Assembly: GCA_965197725.1 (NCBI GenBank)
Contig: CBDANQ010000049.1
Location: 11,443-75,442, forward strand
Reading direction: 5' to 3'
Length of the DNA stretch: 64,000 bases
Source: Longimicrobiales bacterium
GTDB taxonomy: Bacteria > Gemmatimonadota > Gemmatimonadetes > Longimicrobiales > Gaopeijiaceae
Below, one piece after another: positions 51,520-64,000 of the stretch. How positions within the stretch are numbered: the first letter of the stretch is position 1; every line of letters starts with the position of its first letter. The translations under genes and the position numbers were made by a program. The notes beneath the pieces are model-generated. The model ran no database searches, was not told where the DNA came from, and was given only the letters and a program-made list of their open reading frames with translations.

Positions 51520-51765
51520 CTCCGACCTCAGTCGACTTTCCCGCCGTGGCCCCGGTCGACATCCAGTTCGAGGTCGTCAACGGAACGATCCCGTGACGTG
51601 GGTCCGGGCGGCCGGCGAGCTCCCGGACGGCCTCGTTCTGAACTCGCTGGGTCAACTCCAGGGCGTAGCGCTCGAAGTCGGCTCGTTCAACATCCAGATG
51701 GTGGCCAGAGACGCACTTGGCCTCGTGGCCGAGGGCACGATCACGTTAGAGGTCGGGGACCCCCA
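51520..51765 (+). pseudogene. Fragment of a putative Ig (He_PIG-like) domain protein, frameshifted
   Basis: PVDIQFEVVNG / DPVTWVRAAGELPDGLVLNSLGQLQG...GSFNIQMVARDALG; no start or context. Confidence 0.55.
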
Positions 51766-52067
51766 AAGGGCCGGGTGTCATCAATGGGACGATCATCAGT
51801 CCTATCAGCCTGGGCGCGGTAGTACTCGAACTGGGCGGAGCCGCCGATCGCGACCGTGGTGTACGCGGCCGGAGCGGACAACCTCCCCAAGCTGCTGACA
51901 GGGATCCTGGTTCAGCTGGAGGACTGACTTTCTCCGCTTGCAGCCCCACCCCCCTCTAGCGACCTTACGCGGGCCGTTTCACCGGACCCGCCATCCGGCC
52001 GGCCGGCCCCGCCAATCGCCGAGCATCACCAACCTCCGAGACCGCCCGCAGGGCGGGGGGCCAGCCC

Positions 52068-52174
52068 ATGACCACATCCACCTGGATCACGATGATCGTG
52101 GTGATGGTGTGCGTTTGGGGCGGCTTCTCCTGGGTGCTGCTCACCGCTATCCGAAAGGAGTCCGGGAAGAGCGC

Positions 52175-52196
<22 letters not shown>
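52068..52196 (+). CDS. MetS-like small membrane subunit of NSS transporters (42 aa)
   Basis: Manual translation [45 protein letters not shown] motif; below ORF-track cutoff. Confidence 0.7.
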
Positions 52197-55417
<3,221 letters not shown>

Positions 55418-55451
55418 CGTCGGTGTCGCGCCCGGTGGGGATCCTGAGGGA

Positions 55452-56426
55452 ATGAGTGCTGCTACCGGCTTCTTCCTACACCCTGCGTCACCACTCCACG
55501 ACACGGGCTGGGGGCATCCCGAGCATCAGGGTCGCCTGCGTGCCTTGGCGTCTACTGTCGGGCACGACTTGTTGACCCTCCATGGTCACGTCGAGCAGAT
55601 GCCGGCTGAGGAAGCGTCGCTGCTGGATCTGATGCGCGTGCACACCGACCAGCAGGTCGAGCTGGTGCGCGCGGCGTGCCAAATGGCGGAGCAGTCGGAG
55701 AAGATCGCCCGGATCGACTCGGACACGCGGGTTTCTTCGGCCTCGTGGGAGGCGGCTGTGGGCAGTGCGGGTACCGCGATCGCGGCGGCGCGCGCCGTCG
55801 CAGAGGGCACGATCCGGACCGCATTCGTCGCGACGCGACCTCCGGGCCACCACGCGACGCCCGATCAGGCGATGGGCTTCTGCCTCTTCAACAACATCGC
55901 TGTCGCCGCACGCTGGCTTCAGGCCCATGGCCATGCGGAGCGAGTGTTGATTCTGGACTGGGACGTGCACCACGGAAACGGCACACACGATGCGTTCGAC
56001 GACGATCCGTCCGTCTTCTTCGTCTCACTGCACCAGTGGCCGCACTATCCAGGTACGGGGTCGGCCGAGCAGACCGGCGCGGGGGAGGGAGTCGGGTACA
56101 CGTTGAACGTGCCGCTGCCTGCTGGTACGCCGGCCGCCGAGCATCGCTCACACTTCGAAGGCGCGGTCGACCAGGCGCTCAGCCGCTTCGAGCCCGACTT
56201 CGTGCTGATTTCGTGCGGCTTCGACGCGATGGCCGGCGACCCACTGGGGGACCTGCGGCTCGAACCAGCCGATCTCTACGCCATGACGCGCCACGTAGTG
56301 GACGTTGCGGCCGGAGGGTGCGGCGGGCGCGTCGTGGCTCTGCTCGAGGGAGGGTACGACGCGAAGCGGCTCGGCGAGGGAGCCGTGGCGGTGATTCGTG
56401 CGCTTGCGGGGTTGGAGGCGCCGTAG
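55452..56426 (+). CDS. Histone deacetylase family (Zn-dependent deacylase)
   Basis: HPE, RPPGHHA, GFCLFNN, DWDVHHGNGT, LEGGY. Confidence 0.94.
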   Translation: MSAATGFFLHPASPLHDTGWGHPEHQGRLRALASTVGHDLLTLHGHVEQMPAEEASLLDLMRVHTDQQVELVRAACQMAEQSEKIARIDSDTRVSSASWEAAVGSAGTAIAAARAVAEGTIRTAFVATRPPGHHATPDQAMGFCLFNNIAVAARWLQAHGHAERVLILDWDVHHGNGTHDAFDDDPSVFFVSLHQWPHYPGTGSAEQTGAGEGVGYTLNVPLPAGTPAAEHRSHFEGAVDQALSRFEPDFVLISCGFDAMAGDPLGDLRLEPADLYAMTRHVVDVAAGGCGGRVVALLEGGYDAKRLGEGAVAVIRALAGLEAP

Positions 56427-56447
56427 CGGGGTTGGAGGCGCCGTAGC
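56406..56447. repeat. Exact 20-bp tandem duplication over the HDAC stop codon
   Basis: GCGGGGTTGGAGGCGCCGTA x2. Confidence 0.9.
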
Positions 56448-56640
56448 CTAGACCTGGAGCCACGCGGTGGGATCGATGCCCATCGAGCGCCACCGCTCCT
56501 GGAACCGAGGGTCGGACCAGGCAGCTCGCATGACCGAAGCTTGGATGCGTCCTCGCAGGTAGTGCGCTTCTGCGTGGATGGAGTCGACCTCGATAACCCA
56601 GGCCGACTCGCGGTACACTTCGTCGGCCCTGATGCGCACG
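56448..56640 (-). pseudogene. Possible fragments of a TPR-containing protein
   Basis: AEAHYLRGRI (TPR-like) and SDPRFQERWRSMGI (typical C-terminal tail of TPR/TolB-like proteins). Confidence 0.35.
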
Positions 56641-56795
56641 GGTCGGCTACGAATTGCTCATGATCTGAGTTCTACGCCGAGGCTGGCTTCACACTGTCGG
56701 GCGACGTGGCGGCGCTTGGTTTCGTTGCCCTGCTCGATGATCCACGCCTGGGTTCTAACAGCGCGCGCGGGTCACTGTATTTCTACCACTGGCTC

Positions 56796-58706
56796 CTAGG
56801 CGAAGTCCAGATTCCTGGTGATCCGCGTGCCGTCTTCGGCGAACGCCCCCAAGTACATCCCGATCCGCTCTCTTGCCGACGCCAAGTCGGAATTGTCGAG
56901 GTTGATGTTGAGGAGATCGATGTACCAGGGGGTCTTCACCTCGGCCTTGATGTAGGCCTCGACGATCTCGCCGGCGACGGGCAGCGTCGTGGTCTTGGAG
57001 TTGTCGTGCACGTCGCGGTCGCTCGCGCGGCGCAGCTTCTCCATCTCTTCGACGTGTAGCCGCTCGTAGAGCTCGACGGTGAAGATGTCGCCGGCCTTCA
57101 CGCCCGTCTCTGAGTCGTCCTCGGTGAGCTGCCCGCGCTTGTGGAGCCATTCCCACAGGATGCTCAGCCGGATCTCACCGGTGGCCGCGTCCTCCATGAG
57201 GTACAGGACGTCGTCGTCGCCGAAGAAGTCGGCCGGCTTCAGCGCCGCCGCCTGCATACCCTGGCCGAAGGCGTTCCCGTACTGGAGCGCCACGCTCAGG
57301 AGGTTGCGTGCCCCACGAATGGTGCGCGGCGCCGGCTCCAGCAAGAAGAGATCGGCAGCGTCCTGCTGCGTATAGGTCAGCGGCGGGAACGCGCGGCCGG
57401 CCTGGTTGGCGACTCCGACCTTCTCCCAGACCGGGCGCACGATGTGCACCATCTTCCAGTGCGCCACCCACTTGCCGCTAGCGCCCTCGCGCTGCTCGCG
57501 TTCGGCGCCCTCCAGCGCACGCTTCATGCTGTCTTCGATGCCCTTCGCCGAGCCGACCGGAATGTTGGGCTCCATGCCGCCCTGCCACAGCGCGAAGTTA
57601 CCCGCGCGGTCGGGGGTGTTCGTCGCCCGCCGCACCCGGTCTTCGTAGACTCGCATGTAGCCGTAGGTCATGCTGACGGACTCGATGTTGGGATCGATGA
57701 AGCCGGAGTCCCAGCCGACCGCATCGGCCACCGAGTTGATGTAGTCCCAGCGACCCGTGTTGTAGCCCACGAAGTGCCTGCCCAGCGCCGCGCGGATCTC
57801 CATGAGCTGGAACGCGGCCTCGACCTGTTCGACGAGCACATACACCTTGATGGTGCCCACGTCGAGGCCCAGATGCGTCTCGAGCGTCGTGAGGACGATG
57901 TTCCACAGAGCCGCCTCTTCGCCGGTCTGGATCTTCGGCAGGTATAAGACCAAAGACCGTCCCGCGTCGAGCAGCGCCTCGTGGTTGTTCACGACGAACA
58001 GGCACACGTCCACGAGGGACGCCGAGAAGCCCGAGCCGTCCGGGTTGCGGATATGTCGGTCGTCGAGGTGCAGCCCGCGAGGGCGAAAGATGACCGTGGT
58101 GAAGCCCAGTTGCTCGCCCCAGTCGGTGACGATGTCGCGACCGAAAAAGCTCTGCGCCCACCTGTTCATCTCGCCAGCCACGCCTTCGGCGGCGTCGAGG
58201 AACACTTGGTCACGCGCGAGGGCGAGCTTGAGGTTGCGCTGGTTGTCCAGCGCCATCGTGTCGATCTGACCGAGCGCGTCCTCGCCGTCGAACATCCAGC
58301 CGTCGGCGCCGCTCAGCAGAGCGTAGGCCACGTTGCGGATGGACCTCTCAATGGGTGAGTTCGGCTTGGCGGCCGGGCCGGTGCCCTGGATCCACTGGCG
58401 CTCGAGGTCGTGCGGAATCTCACCGCCGACGAAGTTCCCATCGCGCGCGTCCTGCACCCTGATGTCAGTGCTCGGGATCGTGGCTTCGGGATCGAGGAAC
58501 GAGATGCGCCGGTTGTCGCGATACCGAGACGATCGCCGCTCGATGCGCGACGCCATGACCCTCTTGCGATCGCCGTCGAGGGGGGCCAACGCCTCGATGG
58601 CCGCCAACGCTTCTACGGTGTAGACGTCCGCATAAGCTTCACGCAGTCCTGTGCGAATCTCGACTGTGCGGGGCTGCCAAGATCCCAGCCCGTCGGACTC
58701 TGCCAT
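56796..58706 (-). CDS. Malate synthase
   Basis: GWMFDGEDA, RPRGLH, YLPKI, NTGRWDYINS, KWVAH, LMEDAATGEI. Confidence 0.88.
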   Translation of the reverse strand: MAESDGLGSWQPRTVEIRTGLREAYADVYTVEALAAIEALAPLDGDRKRVMASRIERRSSRYRDNRRISFLDPEATIPSTDIRVQDARDGNFVGGEIPHDLERQWIQGTGPAAKPNSPIERSIRNVAYALLSGADGWMFDGEDALGQIDTMALDNQRNLKLALARDQVFLDAAEGVAGEMNRWAQSFFGRDIVTDWGEQLGFTTVIFRPRGLHLDDRHIRNPDGSGFSASLVDVCLFVVNNHEALLDAGRSLVLYLPKIQTGEEAALWNIVLTTLETHLGLDVGTIKVYVLVEQVEAAFQLMEIRAALGRHFVGYNTGRWDYINSVADAVGWDSGFIDPNIESVSMTYGYMRVYEDRVRRATNTPDRAGNFALWQGGMEPNIPVGSAKGIEDSMKRALEGAEREQREGASGKWVAHWKMVHIVRPVWEKVGVANQAGRAFPPLTYTQQDAADLFLLEPAPRTIRGARNLLSVALQYGNAFGQGMQAAALKPADFFGDDDVLYLMEDAATGEIRLSILWEWLHKRGQLTEDDSETGVKAGDIFTVELYERLHVEEMEKLRRASDRDVHDNSKTTTLPVAGEIVEAYIKAEVKTPWYIDLLNINLDNSDLASARERIGMYLGAFAEDGTRITRNLDFA

Positions 58707-58967
58707 TGGCTTTCCCTCCGTGCGGAAATTAAGGGTGCCGGCCACTGAGGCCGTCCCTGCCGGCGCACCGTAGACCCCGCTCTCGGACCGTGTCCGCGGC
58801 GGGACACGCCTTCAGTCCTGTGGTCGGGGTTCAGACCATCTTGCCTCACCAGGGCACCGCCCGGCCCCCGGGGCGCATGCGCCCGCGAGGACCGGCCGGC
58901 CCTGGATCAGGAACATCACTAGCGACAGCTGCGGAGACACCGTACGCCAGCTGGCGCTCGGGGAGTC

Positions 58968-59831
58968 CTATTCGTGGTGGGCGTGCTTCGACAAGCCTTG
59001 CCGGATGGCCTCCACCGTGTAGCCCGCCTGGAATTCAACCATTCTCCGACCCAAGTCCTGAGTCTTCCACACGGGACCCAAATCCACCCCGTTGATGCTG
59101 AAGAGTCCGGCGTGTATGCGAGCGTCCGCCCTCACGGACTGAGGATCCACAGACATCATGGTGGCGGTATAGTGCACGTCGTCGTGGACTCCCTGCGCGA
59201 CTTCGTGGATACCCTGGTCGGCAATCCAGGCGTTCACCCGGTCGTTGTCGTAATATTCGGGTACGTAGATGATGTCGGTCTCGGATCCGGCCCACTCCTT
59301 CGAAAGCGCATCGGCCACAATAGCCATGTCGCGCTGATTCCCCCCGCTGTCCCCCAGCAGGACGACATGGTGGAAGCCGTGGGCCTTCATGCTGCGGGCG
59401 ATGTCGGTCAGCATAGCGCGGAAAGTCTCCGGCCTCAGGCTTATGGTGCCCGGGTAGCGCATGTGTCCCGTTCGCGGTTCGACATCACCTTCCGGCACGA
59501 AGGGAGCTATAGGAGTCACAAGGGCATTGCCCAACTTCCGGGCGACGGCATCCATCGTCGCCCGCAGCACGATCTGGTGCTTCCCCAGCGCCAGATACGG
59601 GCCGTTTTGCTCTATGCCGCCGGTGGGGATGAGCACCGTTCGCTTCCCCTCAGCCATCAAGTCCCGTATCTCAATCCACGTCAGCTCCTCGAGCCAGACT
59701 GAGTCGTGGATGGGGAGAACCCGCGGGGTTTCGGGGTCGGGAACAATGGGGCCCGGGGCCCCCTGAGCCGTGATGGCAACCGGAGTTAGGGCTACCGTCA
59801 GAAGAATAGCGAGCATCGTCAGCCGATTCAT
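58968..59831 (-). CDS. Secreted creatininase family protein
   Basis: Signal peptide; LEELTW, IPTGGIEQNGP, PGTISL, GDSGGNQ. Confidence 0.88.
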   Translation of the reverse strand: MNRLTMLAILLTVALTPVAITAQGAPGPIVPDPETPRVLPIHDSVWLEELTWIEIRDLMAEGKRTVLIPTGGIEQNGPYLALGKHQIVLRATMDAVARKLGNALVTPIAPFVPEGDVEPRTGHMRYPGTISLRPETFRAMLTDIARSMKAHGFHHVVLLGDSGGNQRDMAIVADALSKEWAGSETDIIYVPEYYDNDRVNAWIADQGIHEVAQGVHDDVHYTATMMSVDPQSVRADARIHAGLFSINGVDLGPVWKTQDLGRRMVEFQAGYTVEAIRQGLSKHAHHE

Positions 59832-59989
59832 GGAGACCTCCCGTAGCAAGTTGCGGATGGACATCATACGGGGCTGTCCAGGAGACCACCATGGCTTCAT
59901 CGTTTCGGGCTACCCTCGGTTGGAAATCTCCTTGCTCGGATCTGTGAGGGTCCGGGGGGGCAACTCCTCGGGTTACTCGACCATGGGTC

Positions 59990-60250
59990 CTACAGCCCGC
60001 CGCCCTGTCTCTCGCTGAGCTCGAGCTCGTAGCCGTCGGGGTCGCTGATGTAGACCGACCTCGACTTCTCCCACTCGACCACCCCGTAGGGCATCTCGAT
60101 CCCCATCTCCTCGCACTTCGCGACCACGTCCTCGAAGTTATGGATCGCGAACCCGAAGTGGGCGATACCGCCCTGTCGCACCGCGCTCGGGTCCTCGTAG
60201 AGACACAACTTGATGGTGTCGTTGCCGATGATCTTGGAGTCGCGCTCCGG
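59990..60250 (-). pseudogene. VOC/glyoxalase family gene, 5' part missing
   Basis: GIAHFGF, SVYISDPDGYELELS; no N-terminal VOC strand-helix. Confidence 0.6.
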
Positions 60251-60714
60251 GCGGACCTTGCCTCTCAATGGGGGTCGAGTGGCCTTGGACCTGTCACTCC
60301 TCGACTCCAAGGAGCCGTTCCCACATAGAATCGCTTGCTGCAGCTCGTCAACTGGTGAGCGTTATCGTAAATCACGTGCAGTCCGCGCAACCAAGGTGCC
60401 ACAATGCCGAGTCCATCCCAATGAACAATCGCTCGCTGCAAGAATGTGAACATTGTCGCGTTCACATCTTTGCCCAAGGTGGAGTCGATCCGGCGGTCTC
60501 ATAGCCGTCATCGCACCACCTTGGCGAAGACCTCACATGGTTTCATCCAACCGAGGGTTTGTCGAGGGCGGGAGTTGAACTCAGGAGTGCGACGGACCCG
60601 TCCCGTCGGATGAAATACCGGTGCGTTGCGGGGGCGGAACGGACCCGCAGACCTTGCCGGCGGGCGAGGCACGTGATAAGCGTCAGACTTCAGTCCAAGC
60701 AACGGGAGGTTGGT

Positions 60715-61992
60715 ATGCGCCACGCAATTAGAGAGCTCCGCGCCACGATCGTGAAGTCGACCGCGATTCTGCTGTTGGCCGCCTTGGTCGCCGATTGCGG
60801 CGGTCCGAGTGGTGAGGCCGCGACTGCGTTCGAGGGCGCCCGACTCATCGTTGGCGACGGAGGCACGATCGAGGATGCCGTATTCGTCGTGGAGAATGAT
60901 CGCTTCACGGAGGTTGGAGCTCGAGCGGACGTCGACGTTCCGCGGGGCGCCACCCGGGTCGACCTCACAGGGAAGACGGTCATGCCGGCAGTAGTGAACG
61001 CGCACGTCCACCTGTCGTCGGTGGCCGACGAACGCTCCGATCAACTGCGGCACATGGCGTACTACGGATCCGGCGTCGTGCTGAGTCTGGGGCTGGACGA
61101 GGGCGACGTTGGCCTCCGGATGCGGAACGAGCTCGTATCAGATGGCGCGCGGTCCCAGTCCGCGGGGCGTGGTATCACGTCGTCGGAGCCGGGTCGTTCG
61201 GAGGTGCCCCACTGGGTCACGACTGAGACGGAGGCCCAAGCCGCCGTGCAGGAGCTCGCCGCTCAGGGGGTCGACTTCGTGAAGATCTGGGTCGACGATC
61301 GCGGTGGCCGATACGAGAGGTTGTCATCCGATCTGTACGGGGCCGTGATCGACGAGGCGCATGCCAACGGCCTACGCGTGACCGCCCACATATTCAGGCT
61401 CGAGGATGCGAAGGGGCTGCTGCGGGCGGGAATCGACGCGTTCGCCCACAGCGTGCGCGACATGGACATCGACGACGAGCTCGTCGAGCTCTGGACGGCG
61501 CGCCCCGACGTGGTCCTCGTCCCGAACCTCCCGGGTCCCGGCGTCGCCGTCGATCTCTCTTGGCTGAGTGGAACTGTGGCCGCTGACCGACTCGCGGAGA
61601 TGCAGGCGGCGCAAGTTGACCGTCCGGCGGCGCAGGCGTCGTTCGGCATCCAGGCGCGGAATCTGGTGAGGCTCAACGCCGCGGGGGTGACGATCGCCTT
61701 CGGGACGGACGGGAGCTCACCGTGGGCCGTGCATCAGGAGCTCGAGGATATGGTACGCACGGGGATGACCCCGGCCGAGGTGATCGTGGCGGCTACGTCG
61801 ACCTCCGCGGATCTGATGGAGATCCCCGACGCGGGCTCCGTCGCGGCTGGGATGAGCGCCGACTTCCTGGTGCTGGACGCGAATCCGCTCGAGGACATCA
61901 CGAATACCAGGCGGATATCCGCCGTGTATCTGAGAGGGATGGAGGTCGACAGGGACGCGCTCGGCGCGCGGTTCAGGGGCGGGTCTCTATAG
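60715..61992 (+). CDS. Exported amidohydrolase family protein
   Basis: SD GGGAGG; signal peptide; VMPAVVNAHVH, VKIWVDD, FGTDG, ADFLVLDANPL. Confidence 0.9.
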   Translation: MRHAIRELRATIVKSTAILLLAALVADCGGPSGEAATAFEGARLIVGDGGTIEDAVFVVENDRFTEVGARADVDVPRGATRVDLTGKTVMPAVVNAHVHLSSVADERSDQLRHMAYYGSGVVLSLGLDEGDVGLRMRNELVSDGARSQSAGRGITSSEPGRSEVPHWVTTETEAQAAVQELAAQGVDFVKIWVDDRGGRYERLSSDLYGAVIDEAHANGLRVTAHIFRLEDAKGLLRAGIDAFAHSVRDMDIDDELVELWTARPDVVLVPNLPGPGVAVDLSWLSGTVAADRLAEMQAAQVDRPAAQASFGIQARNLVRLNAAGVTIAFGTDGSSPWAVHQELEDMVRTGMTPAEVIVAATSTSADLMEIPDAGSVAAGMSADFLVLDANPLEDITNTRRISAVYLRGMEVDRDALGARFRGGSL

Positions 61993-62011
61993 GTCGGACG
62001 ACGGGCGACCG

Positions 62012-62253
62012 CTAGGCCTGCGGCACGCAAGCGCAGCCAGAGCCGCAGCCCTGGAAACCGGTGTCCTGGCTGGACCCGGTGAGCGGTATGGAGCGCTGAG
62101 CAGCTTGTCGACCGGAGTGTCCGCCGGCGTAGTCCCGGCCTCCACGCCGGCGCGTTCGGCCAGTTCACCCCAGGTCTCGAGGCGCTCGTCCATTCCGTGG
62201 CGCACTTCGATCGTCTGCTTGTTCGTGTCGCAGTGGTATTCGTAATACGGCAT
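62012..62253 (-). pseudogene. FmdB-like zinc-ribbon small protein with 1-nt frameshift (possibly a sequencing error)
   Basis: MPYYEYHC...KLLSAP, then in another frame IPLTGSSQDTGFQGCGSGCACVPQA*; span 242 nt, one short of 81 codons. Confidence 0.7.
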
Positions 62254-62411
62254 GGTGCCTCGGGTTCGCGTGTACTCCAAATGGTAAGCCTTGGGCGGCA
62301 AGGAGTTCCAGATCACGTGAGCCGCGTCCGGCGCGGAGCGCGCCGGGTAGCGCCGGGGATGGCCTAAAGCGGGCCCTAGCGCTTCCCCTCGCAACGGCGG
62401 CGCTTGTCGTC

Positions 62412-62868
62412 GTGGCTCTGCCAAGGGGCGTCACGGCTCAAGGCATCTCCTCCTGCGCACGTGCGAACGAGTACGCCCAGGCCAGCAACATCGGAGACGC
62501 AATCTTCCAGAACGGCCTCTGCCAGAACGCGCTATTGGCCCTCTGGCTCGATGGCCTCCTGGATGCGATAAACGTCCCAGTCGCGGGTCTTCAACCGAGC
62601 GAGGGCGTTATCGAGGGCGCGCTCGGCGTGAACGTGCTGAAGATCAACCATGGATCCGTCGCTACGACCTTCACGAGTGGTACCGGCGAGGCCGCGAACC
62701 CCATCGGGGCGCTGGCCGGACTCGCCGGGCTGGCGGGCTCCTTCGGAGTCCGTCAGCAGACTGCGGGGGGCGCTCGCACGGAAGACGTCCCGCTGGACCG
62801 TCGTACCGCGGCTACCCTGGAGCGAAAGGAAGACGGGACGTGCACGATGACCACCGCCACCGACGACG
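62412..62868 (+). pseudogene. Unidentified ORF fragment cut by IS256
   Basis: Coding-like frame without a clear start, running into the IS end. Confidence 0.35.
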
Positions 62869-64000
62869 GGAAGGTGTCCCCGGCTCAGTTGAAGGTGGTG
62901 ACTCCGAGGCTTTCGTGATTAACCTGCCATCTTCATTTCGGCAACCGGCTCGCGGTCATCGAGGTGAGCTTTGAGCATCCAGAGTTGGTCGAAGCCGACG
63001 ATGCGTCGGTAGTTCTTCTCGGTCTCGACGAAGGAGGCAGCGGCCCATCTCAGTGCCATCGCTCCGTTCTTCCAGTTCGTCACCCTATAGGTCTTCTGCC
63101 TCACGCCTGCGTGGGTGCTGTCGATCAGGTTCGTGGTGCCGAGGCACTTCCTCAGCCGAGGCGGTAGCCCAAGCCGGTTGATTGTGAACATCTCACCCAG
63201 CCCCTCCCTCAGGCTCGCTGCGGCCGACGGCTGATCTCGTTCAAGCCACCGCGCGAGCTGCTCGAGTTTCTGCACGCCGTCCCTCGCATCGAGCTTCCAT
63301 GCTGCGCGGATCGCGGCCTTCACCTGCGGGTGCTGATCCTTCGGTAGGTGAGCGAGCACGTTTCTGAGCTTGTGATTTCGGCATCTCTGGACCGAGTGGC
63401 CCGCGCCGAACACCTGAACAATCGCCTTCCGTAACGCCTTCGAGCCATCGATCACGAACAGGCGTCGACGCTCGGGGTCCAGACCCCGCTCGACCAGATC
63501 CTGCAGCAGGGCCGTCGTCACTTCGGTGTTCTCACTCGCTCCCTGCCGCATCCCCAGCACGTGCTTCTTGCCGTCCGTGTCCACGCCCACAGCCGCAAGT
63601 ACATGGTGCGCACCGAGTTGGATACCGTCCAGGTAGATCACCAACAGATCCCATGCGTCCAGCCGCCGCTCCATCAGCTCCTTCAGCACGCGCTCCGACG
63701 CTTCGATCGTCTCGCGGCTCACCGACGACTTGCTCACCCCCACCGTGTCGGCCATCTCGCCGATCACCTGGCCGTATTTCCGGGTGCTCACACCTGCCAT
63801 CAGGATCTCCAACATTCGGTCCGCCATGGCGCCCGGCCTGCGCATCGCCTCGTACGCTGGCACCTCGACCTCGCCGCCCTGGCCGCCAGTCCGCTCACGC
63901 AGCCGAGGCCGCTGGATACGGACCTTTCGGTCCGACAGGTAGACCTGACCGCCCTGGCGGCCGTACCAGACCGTCGCCCCCTCCTCGCGTGCCTTGCCCG
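62869..64000 (-). mobile_element. IS256-family element, continues past the window
   Basis: End-like sequence GGAAGGTGTCCCCGGCTCAGTTGAAG about 50 bp beyond the transposase stop. Confidence 0.8.
62919..63998 (-). CDS. IS256 family (mutator) transposase, 5' end outside window
   Basis: GVSTR, YLDG, GASEN, VIDGSKAL, QRCRNHKLRN, TTNLIDS; frame open to the window edge. Confidence 0.94.
   Translation of the reverse strand, partial: GKAREEGATVWYGRQGGQVYLSDRKVRIQRPRLRERTGGQGGEVEVPAYEAMRRPGAMADRMLEILMAGVSTRKYGQVIGEMADTVGVSKSSVSRETIEASERVLKELMERRLDAWDLLVIYLDGIQLGAHHVLAAVGVDTDGKKHVLGMRQGASENTEVTTALLQDLVERGLDPERRRLFVIDGSKALRKAIVQVFGAGHSVQRCRNHKLRNVLAHLPKDQHPQVKAAIRAAWKLDARDGVQKLEQLARWLERDQPSAAASLREGLGEMFTINRLGLPPRLRKCLGTTNLIDSTHAGVRQKTYRVTNWKNGAMALRWAAASFVETEKNYRRIVGFDQLWMLKAHLDDREPVAEMKMAG

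Noticed and set aside
51938..52174. 79-aa N-terminal extension of CarB
   Set aside because: CarB similarity starts at GTG 52175; the upstream DNA holds a small ORF in another frame.

Overview
High-GC bacterial chromosomal window, most likely Gemmatimonadota/FCB group (inferred from gene content such as SprA-like and Minf_1886-like proteins; no search run). 1-12.1 kb is a housekeeping run (thiolase, CPBP protease, hbd, acyl-CoA dehydrogenase, Leu/Phe/Val dehydrogenase, glyA, nnr, thiL, plsC-like, eno, ftsB). A tRNA-Met(CAT) at 14.0 kb is followed by a decayed integrative element: a tyrosine-integrase C-terminal remnant, arm-like repeats, and an internalin-type LRR lipoprotein gene bracketed by hairpin-forming direct repeats. 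metH and a bifunctional HMT/MTHFR gene lie behind a candidate SAM-II-type riboswitch with an intrinsic terminator. Next come dapF and lptGF, divergent from a 2-kaa SprA-like gene, comEA, and a broken type IV pilus locus (pilB frameshifted and split by an IS1595 element, pilT truncated, a scrambled duplication at the junction). An ECF sigma/anti-sigma/TonB receptor/beta-barrel operon follows. The rest holds nfuA, glyQS, an NSS transporter, nth, an unannotated 42-aa MetS-like ORF overlapping carB, an HDAC-family gene, malate synthase, creatininase and amidohydrolase genes, several gene fragments and an IS256 at the right edge. No CRISPR array, rRNA, reverse transcriptase or intact phage is visible. 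The best candidates for something new are the repeat-bracketed LRR cassette, the terminator-linked SAM-II candidate, the lptFG-sprA-comEA-pil linkage and an unassigned structured element at 42.9 kb. All need database checks.
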